Below are positions 38,837 to 47,939 of a stretch of DNA of 64,000 bases, piece after piece. Numbering within the stretch: position 1 is the stretch's first letter; each line of letters opens with the position of its first letter. The stretch spans positions 7,369 to 71,368 of the forward strand of contig JAOZFN010000006.1 in NCBI GenBank assembly GCA_027492205.1, given 5' to 3'. The notes beneath the pieces are model-generated. The model ran no database searches. It was not told the origin of the DNA and worked only from the letters and a program-made list of their open reading frames with translations. The position numbers and the translations under genes were made by a program. Origin of the DNA: Thermoproteota archaeon. GTDB taxonomy: Archaea > Korarchaeota > Korarchaeia > Korarchaeales > Korarchaeaceae.

Positions 38837-39141
38837 GTTGAGACCACCTCAAGGATGGAGGACTCGCCCTCTTCCATTATGGCAGCGGCCGAGACGAAGA
38901 ACGGCTTCCTCATCGCCCTTCCCAGGCTGAGGCTCCCACCTTCGTGGAAGATCACAGGAACGCCCGCCATCTGGGCGAGGTACTCTATCTCCTTCCTTAT
39001 GCTCTCGGGCGCGTTCTTCGCCAGCACCACGAGCTTCGGCTTTTCCGTTCCCGTCTTCAGCAGCCTGACGACTTTCCTGGCCCCTATCAAAACCCTACCA
39101 GTAGAGTACGCCAGCCAGATCTCCTTATCGAGGTCCGGCAC
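38833..39141 (-). CDS. rpl30e: 50S ribosomal protein eL30
   Basis: TG.V.IG, KLVV.A.N.P and LG.A..KPF.VS...I.EEGES.I. Confidence 0.94.
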   Translation of the reverse strand: MPDLDKEIWLAYSTGRVLIGARKVVRLLKTGTEKPKLVVLAKNAPESIRKEIEYLAQMAGVPVIFHEGGSLSLGRAMRKPFFVSAAAIMEEGESSILEVVST

Positions 39142-39143
39142 GA

Positions 39144-42100
39144 TCAGATCACCTCCTTGAGCAGCTCTTCAGTCTTGCGCCAGTCCCACCTGACCTCGAC
39201 CCTACCCGTCCCGACGGGTGGGGTCTGGCCCATAATTAAGGCGTCGAGCGGTCCCTTAATGGGGTTGTCCTCGCCCCTCCTGGCCGTGTTGAGGACGACA
39301 TGGTAGACCCACTCGTACGCCATCTTGCTCAGGGGCGTCTTCATCTCGGAGAAGAACCCAGAGGGAACTCCGGAGGCCTGCAGGCTCAGGGGAGTGGGCT
39401 TGCCGGTGTGGGTCATCGCGTCGGCGACCAGCGACACGTACCTCCTGTCCACCTCCAGACCCTGCTCGCTCAGTATCCTGGAGAGTTCGTTGAGTATGCA
39501 CGCCCTGGCCGCCTCCACGCCCAGGACCTCATATATCTCCTTGCAGTCGTTGGTTATCGTCCTGGTCGGGTCGACGAAGTCCAGCTTCACGACTTCCTTA
39601 AGGTTAGACCCCCTGGTCTTTATGACGAACTCTCCCTCCTCCGTGGCCTCCACCCAGACTCTATCAATGCCCCCAATGCCCCTTATCCTCTTCTCCATAA
39701 TCCTCTGCGTCCACTGCCTGAGTGTCAAGTAGGGCTTCTCCCTCCCGGCTGCCTCTACCATGGATATGCTGATGACATCACCCTCAAGTTCGACGGACCC
39801 CTTGATCCCCTTGACGGCCTTCTTGAGGAAGTTGACGAGCTCCTCGTCGTCGACCCCGCTGTCGCGCATCTTCTCGCGGTCGAGCACGAGTTCGAGGCGG
39901 AACGCCAGGTTGTCTATCCTGTACTCCCTGAGGAGGTCCTTGACCCTGATCTCCCTCAGCCTCTTGGCCACCTCCTCGGCCTTCTCCTTGCTCTTGGCGT
40001 ATTCGGGCTTGAGGTATACGGTCATGGTGGGCGTGCTGGTGCTCACGTAAAACACCAGCTCCTTGAACCTCTCCACGCCGTGCGTGACGTCCATGGCGAG
40101 CACTCCCGGGGCGTGGAAGGTCCTAAGAACCATCTGGGTCGCCGGCTCCGCTATGCTCTGGGCGCTGATTACTCCAATGGGGGTCAAGACCTCAACCTTA
40201 GCCTCCTCCAGCCTCCTCTTTACCTCTCTCACGACCTCCCTCGCCTCCTTCTCGCTGGCGTTGGCCTCGTACAGCAGGTCGGCTAGGTGTGAGGGTAGCT
40301 CCGCCTTCTTGACGATCTCCTCCAGCTTCTTCTTTGAGGCCCCCCTCTTCTTCCCCGGCTTCACGATCTCACCGACAACCCTCTTCAGGTTCACGGGCTC
40401 GCCCTTGAACAGCTTGACGGGATCCATCCCGTCTCCGCCGAAGGCGAACTGGATTATCCTGCCCAGGCTGTCCCTCACCGTCTCGTCGTACTCCACGTAT
40501 ATGTCCTTCAGCGAGTTGGCGACCCTCCTGTAGAAGTACCCGCTGTCCTCCGTCCTCCGACCCTTGTCCACCAGGGACTCCCTGCTGGTCATGGCGTGGA
40601 ACACGAACTCCGCCGGGTTGAGGCCGACCATGTAGCCGTTCTTGACGAAGCCCCTGGCTTCGAGCCTAAGGTCGCCCCTCTTGAAGTAGGAGAGGGCCCT
40701 CTCCCTGAACCCCTTCTTTGGCCTCCCGCTGGTGAGCACGAAGCCGACCCTGCTCTTGACGGTCTGCTGGCCGACGAGCCCCATGACCTGGGCCAGGTTC
40801 GCTATGGATCCCCTTGCACCGGTCTTGGCCATTATCATGGCGTGGCTCTCTGGCTTGACGTACTTCGCTATAACCTCGGTGGCCTGGGTCCTGAGGGCGT
40901 CGAGGGATCTGACTATGTCGAACTCAAGCATCTGCTCCTCCAGCGTGGCTCTGAGGAGTTCCTCCTTGGTCATGTACCTCTTGGCGCCCCTGGTCTTCTC
41001 GAACTCGGCTACCTTCCTGTCAACCTCCTCCGCAGCCTTCTTGAATAGCTTCTCAAGCTCCTCCCTGGCCTCGGGAGGAAGGATGAGTTCATTGAGCGTG
41101 ACCGTCACTCCGTAGAGCAGTATGCTCTTGGCGGCGAGCCTCAAGAGCTTGTTGAGGAATTCGGCCGCCCTCTCCTCCCCGTAGTCCCTGATGAGGATGT
41201 CTATGATCGTCTGCCTGCCCTTCACTAGTGTGCCCACGGATCCCTCGTCCAACACGCCCGCGAGGAGCTTTCCGTTGATCACGAGCACGTAGCCCTCGAT
41301 CGGGCTCTCGGGAGACTGGCACAGCTCCTTCTCCTTGCAGAGCTTTGCAGTCGTCTCATACTCAAGGTCTGGAGGTAGGAGCGTGGAGATCAGCTGCTTC
41401 CCGGTCCAAAGCTCGACCGGAGACTGTATCGCGGGCTCTGGGAGTTCCGTTATCCCGACGGTCGCCAGTAGCCTGGATGCCCCCTCCCTGTTGAACACGG
41501 TCCCCTTCTTCGTCAGGAGGTAGAGGGCGGTGATCATGTCCTGCCTGGCGCCGACTATGCTGCCACCAGTCCTAGGGGACAGCATGTTCTTCACGACGCT
41601 CATCAGCTCTCTGGCCTCGATTCTGGCCTCCATCAGCTGTGGGGCGTGAAGGTTCATCTCGTCTCCGTCGAAGTCCGCGTTGTAGGGCAGGCATGTCCCA
41701 GGGTTTAGCCTGAACGTGGAGCCGGGGAGCACCCTCACCCTGTGGCCCATGATGGAGAGCTTGTGCAGGGATGGCTGCCGGTTGAATATCACGTAGTCGC
41801 CGTCCATCAGATGCCTCTCCACCACGTCTCCCGGCTGAAGGCTCTCTGCTATCTCCTCCAGGAGCCCCCTGGCCTTGACGACCTTCAGGCTTATGGGCAT
41901 GCCTCCGCCCTTCCTGACGTAGTTCGCCCCCGGATACTGGTCTGGGCCCCTCATCACCAGCTCCTTGAGCCACTCTATGTTGCCCTCGTTCACGTACTCT
42001 GGTATGGTGAGCGTCATCGCAATCTCGACCGGCACGCCGACTTCGTCGATCCCGATCATGGGGTCTGGCGAGATGACGGTCCGGCTGGAGAAATCGACCC

Positions 42101-43100
42101 TCTTACCCACGAGGTTCTTCCTGAACCTCCCCTCCTTGCCCTCTAGCCTCTGGAACAGCGACTTGAGGGGTCTCCTGGTGCCCCTCTGCATCGCGACGGG
42201 CAGGCCGGCCATGGCGTTCCTGTAGAACACGGCTACCCAGTACTGCAGGAGATCCCACTCGCTCTCAACGACGCTGTTGGGGGCTCCCGAGTTTATCGAG
42301 TCCCTCAGCTTCTTGTTGGCCTTGAGGATCTCCACCAGCATGTGGGTCAGGTCGTCCTCGGACCTCTCACCGGTTTGAAGGAATATGGACGGCCGTACGC
42401 TGGGGGGTGGAACTAGGATAACGGTCAGAACGGCCCACTCTGGCCTAGCCCTCTCGGGGTTGAACCCCAGGACCATCGCGTCCTCATCAGGTATCCTCTC
42501 CAACCAGTCCCTTATCTCGTTGGGCCTGAGCCTCCTCGGGGCCGGGTCCTTGACGATGAACTTCAGCACCTCCTCTAGGTCGACGCTCTCGACCCTCGCC
42601 CCGCAGTGCGGGCAGACATCGTGGTTCCTCAGGTACTTCTTCACCGCCGCCCTGACGGTCCTCGTGAGGCTGTCGTTGATCTTCTCCTCGGGGTGCTCCT
42701 CCCAGTACCTCTTGGCCTCTTCGATGAACTTCTGCCTCTCCTCCTCAGGGAGCAGCAGCTTCCCGCACTTGGAGCAGGTGGCGTTCAGGATGTCCTTGAT
42801 CTTCTTGACGTACCCCACGTGGATTACCGGCCTGGCCAGCTCTATCCTGCCGAAGTGCCCGGGGCACTGATTCTGGAAGTTCCCGCAGGTAGGGCACCTC
42901 TGCCTCGGGTTCATGGTGCCCAGCCTTGGGTCAAGTACACCTCCCGGGACGGGGAGCCCTCCCTCGTCGTAGGCGGTAGGCTCCCTTATCTCGATGAACC
43001 CGATCTTCCTTATCTCGCTCGGCGAGAGGAGCCCGAAGAGCACCTTATCCAGCCTGTGGGGCAGGGCCTCCTGATCCGAGACCGGGCTGGTGAAGCTCAC
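39144..43100 (-). CDS. rpoA: RNA polymerase largest subunit, fused Rpo1 (A'+A'')
   Basis: CPGHFG, GKEGRFR.NL.GKRVDFS.R, FNRQPSLH, catalytic YNADFDGDEMN, trigger-loop EPATQM.LRTFH and LGVEAAR all in one ORF. Confidence 0.97.
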   Translation of the reverse strand: MSFTSPVSDQEALPHRLDKVLFGLLSPSEIRKIGFIEIREPTAYDEGGLPVPGGVLDPRLGTMNPRQRCPTCGNFQNQCPGHFGRIELARPVIHVGYVKKIKDILNATCSKCGKLLLPEEERQKFIEEAKRYWEEHPEEKINDSLTRTVRAAVKKYLRNHDVCPHCGARVESVDLEEVLKFIVKDPAPRRLRPNEIRDWLERIPDEDAMVLGFNPERARPEWAVLTVILVPPPSVRPSIFLQTGERSEDDLTHMLVEILKANKKLRDSINSGAPNSVVESEWDLLQYWVAVFYRNAMAGLPVAMQRGTRRPLKSLFQRLEGKEGRFRKNLVGKRVDFSSRTVISPDPMIGIDEVGVPVEIAMTLTIPEYVNEGNIEWLKELVMRGPDQYPGANYVRKGGGMPISLKVVKARGLLEEIAESLQPGDVVERHLMDGDYVIFNRQPSLHKLSIMGHRVRVLPGSTFRLNPGTCLPYNADFDGDEMNLHAPQLMEARIEARELMSVVKNMLSPRTGGSIVGARQDMITALYLLTKKGTVFNREGASRLLATVGITELPEPAIQSPVELWTGKQLISTLLPPDLEYETTAKLCKEKELCQSPESPIEGYVLVINGKLLAGVLDEGSVGTLVKGRQTIIDILIRDYGEERAAEFLNKLLRLAAKSILLYGVTVTLNELILPPEAREELEKLFKKAAEEVDRKVAEFEKTRGAKRYMTKEELLRATLEEQMLEFDIVRSLDALRTQATEVIAKYVKPESHAMIMAKTGARGSIANLAQVMGLVGQQTVKSRVGFVLTSGRPKKGFRERALSYFKRGDLRLEARGFVKNGYMVGLNPAEFVFHAMTSRESLVDKGRRTEDSGYFYRRVANSLKDIYVEYDETVRDSLGRIIQFAFGGDGMDPVKLFKGEPVNLKRVVGEIVKPGKKRGASKKKLEEIVKKAELPSHLADLLYEANASEKEAREVVREVKRRLEEAKVEVLTPIGVISAQSIAEPATQMVLRTFHAPGVLAMDVTHGVERFKELVFYVSTSTPTMTVYLKPEYAKSKEKAEEVAKRLREIRVKDLLREYRIDNLAFRLELVLDREKMRDSGVDDEELVNFLKKAVKGIKGSVELEGDVISISMVEAAGREKPYLTLRQWTQRIMEKRIRGIGGIDRVWVEATEEGEFVIKTRGSNLKEVVKLDFVDPTRTITNDCKEIYEVLGVEAARACILNELSRILSEQGLEVDRRYVSLVADAMTHTGKPTPLSLQASGVPSGFFSEMKTPLSKMAYEWVYHVVLNTARRGEDNPIKGPLDALIMGQTPPVGTGRVEVRWDWRKTEELLKEVI

Positions 43101-43112
43101 TCAGGCCACCCC

Positions 43113-46100
43113 CTATACCTCCTCCTCCACATCCAGGCGCACGTCTACGAGGCCGGACGTGAGCTCCTGGATCAGCAGCCTCGTGGCGTGAGCCGTTATC
43201 AGAGGCCTGACTTCAACGGCGTCTTGGCACCTGGGGCAGAAGAACTGGCTGGTTATGGCGTTGTAGAACGCCAGAGACCCGCACCTCTTGCAGACGTAGA
43301 CTATCGTCTTGTCAGAGTGCTCGACGTACCTGTCCCTCAGCATAGCCGCGGCGCCGTGGGAGATGAGGACCTCCCCCTCCATCTCGCCCAGTCTGAGCCC
43401 CCCTCCCCTGGCGCGTCCCTCGACCGGCTGCCTCGTGAGTATCTGGACCTGACCCCTCGACCGGGCGTGTATCTTGTCCCTCACCATGTGCTTGAGCCTC
43501 TGGTAGAAGCTCACCCCTATGAACACGGGGGCCCTCAGCATCTTGCCGGTTCTCCCGTCGTACATGATCTCCTCGCCGGTGTACTCGAACCCAAGCCTCT
43601 TCAGCGCCTCCATTAGGTCCCCGACCGGCTCCTTCGCGAACGGCGTTCCGTCTATGAACCTCCCCTCAAGCGCCCCGATCTTGCCCGCCAGGATCTCGAT
43701 CAGCTGGCCGATTGTCATCCTGGACGGTATGGCGTGCGGGTCCAGGACTATGTCCGGGCTTATCCCGTCAGCGGTGAACGGCATGTCCTCCTGCCTGTAG
43801 ACCATTCCGATGACTCCCTTCTGCCCGTGCCTGGTGGCGAACTTGTCTCCCAGCTCTGGTATCCTGGTCTCCCTCACCCTCACCCTCACCATCTTCTCGC
43901 CGCTCTCGGCGGTGGCTAGTATCACGTCGGTCACCACGCCCCTCTCCCATGCCCTCATGTCTATGGAGGTGTCCCTCCTCTCGAAGGTCATGGCGAGCCC
44001 GGCAGCCCCGCCAGCGAGTTCGGGAGAGAACCTGGGCGGGCTGGTTCTGCCGATGAGCACGTCCCCACCCTCGACGTCTGTCTCGGGCTCGACTATCCCG
44101 TCGGCCGCGAGCTTCCGGTAGGCCTCCTCAGCCCTCCTGCCCGTGACCCCCTTGACCTCGTAGGGGTTCTCGAACTTGTCGCCCTCGACTATGGCCTGCC
44201 TCCTGGCCACGGCCTCGTAGGTCCGCAGGAATATGGCTCTGCCCGCGCCCCTGTCTATCGCCCCCTTGTTCATGACGAGCGCGTCGTCCATGTTGTAACC
44301 GTCCATCGGCAGCAGGGCCACCACGAGGTTCTGCCCCGAGGGCCTGAGGTCGTACCCCGTGATCTCACCCGTCCTGGTCCTGACTATAGGCCTCTGCGGG
44401 TAGTAGAACAGGTAGGAGGAGCTGTCCATCCTGAGCCTCCAGTTCGTCGCGTAATAGCCGAGGCCCTGCTTGACCATGTTCCCGCCTATGATGTCCCTCG
44501 GGATCGCGTTGTGCTCCGCGTAGGGGATCTGACCGGCGGCCACCCCCATCATCATGTAGGGGGCGAAGTCCAGGTGGGTGTGCTCGTCCGTGATCTTGTC
44601 GAGGTCGAAGGCCACGAGGGCGTCCTCCTCCTCGTCTGGGTCCAAGAGTTCCACGATGCCCCTCCTCACGAGGTCGCTGAAGGTGACCTTACCCTCCTCA
44701 ATCTCCGGCAGGAGCTTGATGGCCTCCTCGATCTTGTCCACGGGGATCAGCGGGCGCCTCATCCTGCCTGGGTCCGCGTTGATTATGACGACTCGCTCCT
44801 CTTCACGGTAGGCCACGTTGATCTCAGGGCTGATCTCTAGCCTGCGACGCTTGATCTCCTCGGCCACACTCTCAGGATCGTCCGTGAGCCCCACCAGGGC
44901 TCCATTCACGTAGACCTGGGCTAGGGAGCCGACCTCCTCCGGAGTGGCCTCCTCTATCGGCTTCACGCCCAGCTCGGGGAGCATCTCGATGATCGGGGTC
45001 GGGTCTATCCCGAAGGTGACGTCCGCGAAGGTCGCCAGGCTCCTGACCAGCCCCACGTTGGTGCCCTCGGGGGTCTCGAGAGGGCATAGCCTGCCCACGG
45101 ACGTCCCGTGGATCTGCCTCGCCTCGTGGAGCGGAAGTCCCGGCGGCAGCGGCGAGTTGACCCTCCTGAGGTGCTGTAGGGCGGCGATGTAGTTTGTCCT
45201 GTCCAGGTTCTGGCTTATCCCCAGCTCGCCAGTCGGCCACGTACCGGTAGCCAGGGCCCTCAGTATCCTGGGGGTTATCTTGCTCTGCGTGGTCACGATC
45301 CTCCTAACGTCCAGGTCATATACCCCGTGGGTGAGCTGCTCGTTGGCCTTCTCCTCCAGCTCCCTCACCAGGCGGTAGAAGGCGTACCTGAAGGCCTCCT
45401 GCATCAGCTCCCCAACGAGCCTCAGCCTCTTGTTGGAGAAGTGGTCCTTGTCGTCGGGTTCCACCTGGCCCTTGACGACCCTCAGCAGCCTCTCTATCAT
45501 CTTCGCGATGAAGTAGGCTTTCTTGATGTTGTCGGATTCGCTCTGACCCAGGTGTGGAAGGAGGGCCCTCCGGAGGTAATCTCTGGCCGCGTTGATCCTC
45601 TCCTGCTTCGGCGCGCTCTGTATGAGCCTCCTCCCGATGTAATCTAGGGCCTCGTCCTGCGTTATGAACCCACCCTCTTGGTCCTTCTTCCTCACCTCGT
45701 CGAGGCTGTACAGGAACTCGTTCGCTATCTCTGGGTCCGTTGAGATCGCCTGGAGTATCTGCGAGTCGTCCTCCAGGCCGAGCGCCTTGAGGATTATCGC
45801 GACGGGCGCGCCTCTCACGGCCCCGAACGACGCCTTTATGGTGCCGTCCCTCGGGTAGTACTCGAGGAACAGGCGGCTCCTCATTCCGGCCCTGGCGGAG
45901 ATTATGTAGGCGGCGTGTGAGTACGGCTTGCTCCCGGCGGTGGTCTCCTCGACGATAACCTTGTTCCTGGCAAGGTCGTCCCTGATGACGACCACCCTCT
46001 CGCTCCCGTTGATGATGAAGTAGCCGCCGGGGTCTGCGGGGTCCTCCCCCTTGGCTATCAGCTCCTCGTCGGTCAGGCCGTGGAGGACGCACTTCTTGGA

Positions 46101-46484
46101 CCTGACCATGATGGGAATGTAGCCGATCTTGACCCGTTCGGTCTTTAGCTCCATCCCGTGCCCGATAACCTTGATCTCCAGGTACACGGGGCCCCAGTAG
46201 GTGATCTTCCTCAGCCTGCACTCCATGGGAGTCATCGAGGACCTGGCGCCGTCGAACTCCTCAAACTCGGGCGGGCCAACCTCTATCTTGCCGAGCCTCA
46301 GCTTGTAGTTCTCGATCAGCTCTATCTCCCTGAATGAATCTACGACCTCCTGGAGTCCCCGCTCGAGGAAGGTGTTGAACGACTCGATCTGGGCCTCGAC
46401 CAGGCTGTGCTCCCTGAAGAAGGCCTTCACGATCGGGTAGAAGTCGACCTTCCTGGTCTCTAGGACCTGAGAGGGACCGGCCAC
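43113..46484 (-). CDS. rpoB: RNA polymerase subunit B (single-chain Rpo2)
   Basis: DPGGYFIINGSERV, ETPEG.NVGL, GDKFA.RHGQKG, PH..PSRMTIGQ, LKHMV.DKIHAR and GGLR.GEME. Start uncertain; the ORF track extends to 46544. Confidence 0.97.
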   Translation of the reverse strand: MAGPSQVLETRKVDFYPIVKAFFREHSLVEAQIESFNTFLERGLQEVVDSFREIELIENYKLRLGKIEVGPPEFEEFDGARSSMTPMECRLRKITYWGPVYLEIKVIGHGMELKTERVKIGYIPIMVRSKKCVLHGLTDEELIAKGEDPADPGGYFIINGSERVVVIRDDLARNKVIVEETTAGSKPYSHAAYIISARAGMRSRLFLEYYPRDGTIKASFGAVRGAPVAIILKALGLEDDSQILQAISTDPEIANEFLYSLDEVRKKDQEGGFITQDEALDYIGRRLIQSAPKQERINAARDYLRRALLPHLGQSESDNIKKAYFIAKMIERLLRVVKGQVEPDDKDHFSNKRLRLVGELMQEAFRYAFYRLVRELEEKANEQLTHGVYDLDVRRIVTTQSKITPRILRALATGTWPTGELGISQNLDRTNYIAALQHLRRVNSPLPPGLPLHEARQIHGTSVGRLCPLETPEGTNVGLVRSLATFADVTFGIDPTPIIEMLPELGVKPIEEATPEEVGSLAQVYVNGALVGLTDDPESVAEEIKRRRLEISPEINVAYREEERVVIINADPGRMRRPLIPVDKIEEAIKLLPEIEEGKVTFSDLVRRGIVELLDPDEEEDALVAFDLDKITDEHTHLDFAPYMMMGVAAGQIPYAEHNAIPRDIIGGNMVKQGLGYYATNWRLRMDSSSYLFYYPQRPIVRTRTGEITGYDLRPSGQNLVVALLPMDGYNMDDALVMNKGAIDRGAGRAIFLRTYEAVARRQAIVEGDKFENPYEVKGVTGRRAEEAYRKLAADGIVEPETDVEGGDVLIGRTSPPRFSPELAGGAAGLAMTFERRDTSIDMRAWERGVVTDVILATAESGEKMVRVRVRETRIPELGDKFATRHGQKGVIGMVYRQEDMPFTADGISPDIVLDPHAIPSRMTIGQLIEILAGKIGALEGRFIDGTPFAKEPVGDLMEALKRLGFEYTGEEIMYDGRTGKMLRAPVFIGVSFYQRLKHMVRDKIHARSRGQVQILTRQPVEGRARGGGLRLGEMEGEVLISHGAAAMLRDRYVEHSDKTIVYVCKRCGSLAFYNAITSQFFCPRCQDAVEVRPLITAHATRLLIQELTSGLVDVRLDVEEEV

Positions 46485-46566
46485 ACGGTCAGTACCCTTC
46501 CTATTTCGACTCTTATTCCCCAAACGCCAAACCCCCCGACACACACATGGGAGGACGGATCAAGCG

Positions 46567-46923
46567 CTAACCTCCCCTCACCACCACACGGTAGGCGGGG
46601 ACCTTCTCACCAGGTCGCGTGATCTTGATCACGTCCCCAGGCTTGGCCCCCAGCTGCCTGACCACGGGATCCGTGGTCAGAATCTTCGGAAACAGCTTTA
46701 GAGGGCCATACTTCCGAATGAGCTCCTCCCTCTCATCCGGGGGGACGATCTCGTGCCTGGGAACGAGGACATGACTCATCAGGTCAAACCCGCCGGGTTC
46801 GACTGCTGCGGCTTCGGGGGCCCTCCGCGGTTTTATCTTTTTCGACTCTACCCTCTTTTTCGCGGCTGCCCTCCTCCTTGAAGAGGCCCGGCCTGAAGAA
46901 GATCTCTTTGAGCGCGCTGGCAA
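46567..46923 (-). CDS. rpoH: RNA polymerase subunit H (Rpo5) with a basic N-terminal extension
   Basis: H.LVP.HEI, P.I..TDPV...LGAKPGDVIKITR and YRVV. Confidence 0.92.
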   Translation of the reverse strand: MPARSKRSSSGRASSRRRAAAKKRVESKKIKPRRAPEAAAVEPGGFDLMSHVLVPRHEIVPPDEREELIRKYGPLKLFPKILTTDPVVRQLGAKPGDVIKITRPGEKVPAYRVVVRGG

Positions 46924-47005
46924 TCTGAATGCCCCCTCTCCTAACGGGCAGGTGCCCCTGGCCTCGATTTAAAAGGTTTGACCGGCCCCACGGGGGAGAT
47001 CAGAG

Positions 47006-47584
47006 ATGCCCGAGGTGGTCGAGATCCGATGGCACGGTCGAGGTGGCCAGGGGGTGGTTTTGGCCTCCAGACTGCTGGCAAAGGCGGCCTTCTACGAGGG
47101 TAGGTGGAGCCAGGCCTTCCCATTCTTCGGCGCCGAGCGCAGGGGGGCCCCGGTGATGGCATTCACGAGGATCTCGTCAAGGCCGATCAGGCTGCGCAGT
47201 CAGATCTACCACCCCGACGTGCTCGTCCTCGTAGACCCCATGTTCTTGGACAGTTCAGACGTGTTTGAAGGCCTTAAGGCAGGAGCAACCGTCGTCGCGA
47301 ACACCCCGAGGGACCCCGAAGAACTCAGCGTGCCGGAGGAGGTCGGGAGGGTGGCTACGGTGGATGCCACCGGCCTCGCCCTCCGATTGGGCCTGAAGGT
47401 GGCCGGACTTCCCGTGCCAAACACAGCCATGGTCGGGGCCGTCGCTAAGGCCACGGGGCTGGCGGAAATCGGGTCCGTCGAGTCGGCCATCAGGGACACC
47501 CTCTCCGGAAAGGGGGTGGAGGTGAACCTCTCGGCAGCCAGGGAGGGCTTCGACACGGTCAAAGTGTGGGAGCCGGGTAGGTAG
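47006..47584 (+). CDS. porG: 2-oxoacid:ferredoxin oxidoreductase gamma subunit
   Basis: EIRWHGRGGQG, QAFPFFGAERRGAPV.AFTRIS, VDAT..A and PNT.M.GA. Confidence 0.93.
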   Translation: MPEVVEIRWHGRGGQGVVLASRLLAKAAFYEGRWSQAFPFFGAERRGAPVMAFTRISSRPIRLRSQIYHPDVLVLVDPMFLDSSDVFEGLKAGATVVANTPRDPEELSVPEEVGRVATVDATGLALRLGLKVAGLPVPNTAMVGAVAKATGLAEIGSVESAIRDTLSGKGVEVNLSAAREGFDTVKVWEPGR

Positions 47585-47592
47585 GAGCGGCG

Positions 47593-47832
47593 TCACACCT
47601 CGCCGATATACTTGTCGAAGAACTTGGCGTAGGCGTCCACTCGCTCGTCGGTGCTTGAGATCTCGACCGTGTCGGTAAGCTGGCAGTTGAAGCACCTTAT
47701 GAGAGCGAAGCCCCCCTTCCTGTCCAGCTCCACCACGACGGAGTTGTGCTGGCAGCGTGGGCACCTGAAGAATACGGACCTCCTGGCTGGTCTCCTCACC
47801 CGCGTCATGGTCCTCCTCTTTCTCCTACCCAA
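47593..47832 (-). CDS. elf1: Transcription elongation factor Elf1 homolog
   Basis: MGRRKRR, F.CP.C.H, C..C and VDAY.KF.D. Confidence 0.9.
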   Translation of the reverse strand: MGRRKRRTMTRVRRPARRSVFFRCPRCQHNSVVVELDRKGGFALIRCFNCQLTDTVEISSTDERVDAYAKFFDKYIGEV

Positions 47833-47939
47833 CGGGGTTCACCTGCCTCGGTCCTTCGAGACCCATGAGGTCCCCGACCCGACCGGAAAGTGAGCCGCCC
47901 CTCGTTATTAACGTCTCCGCCGGTGGGACACGGGAAGGG

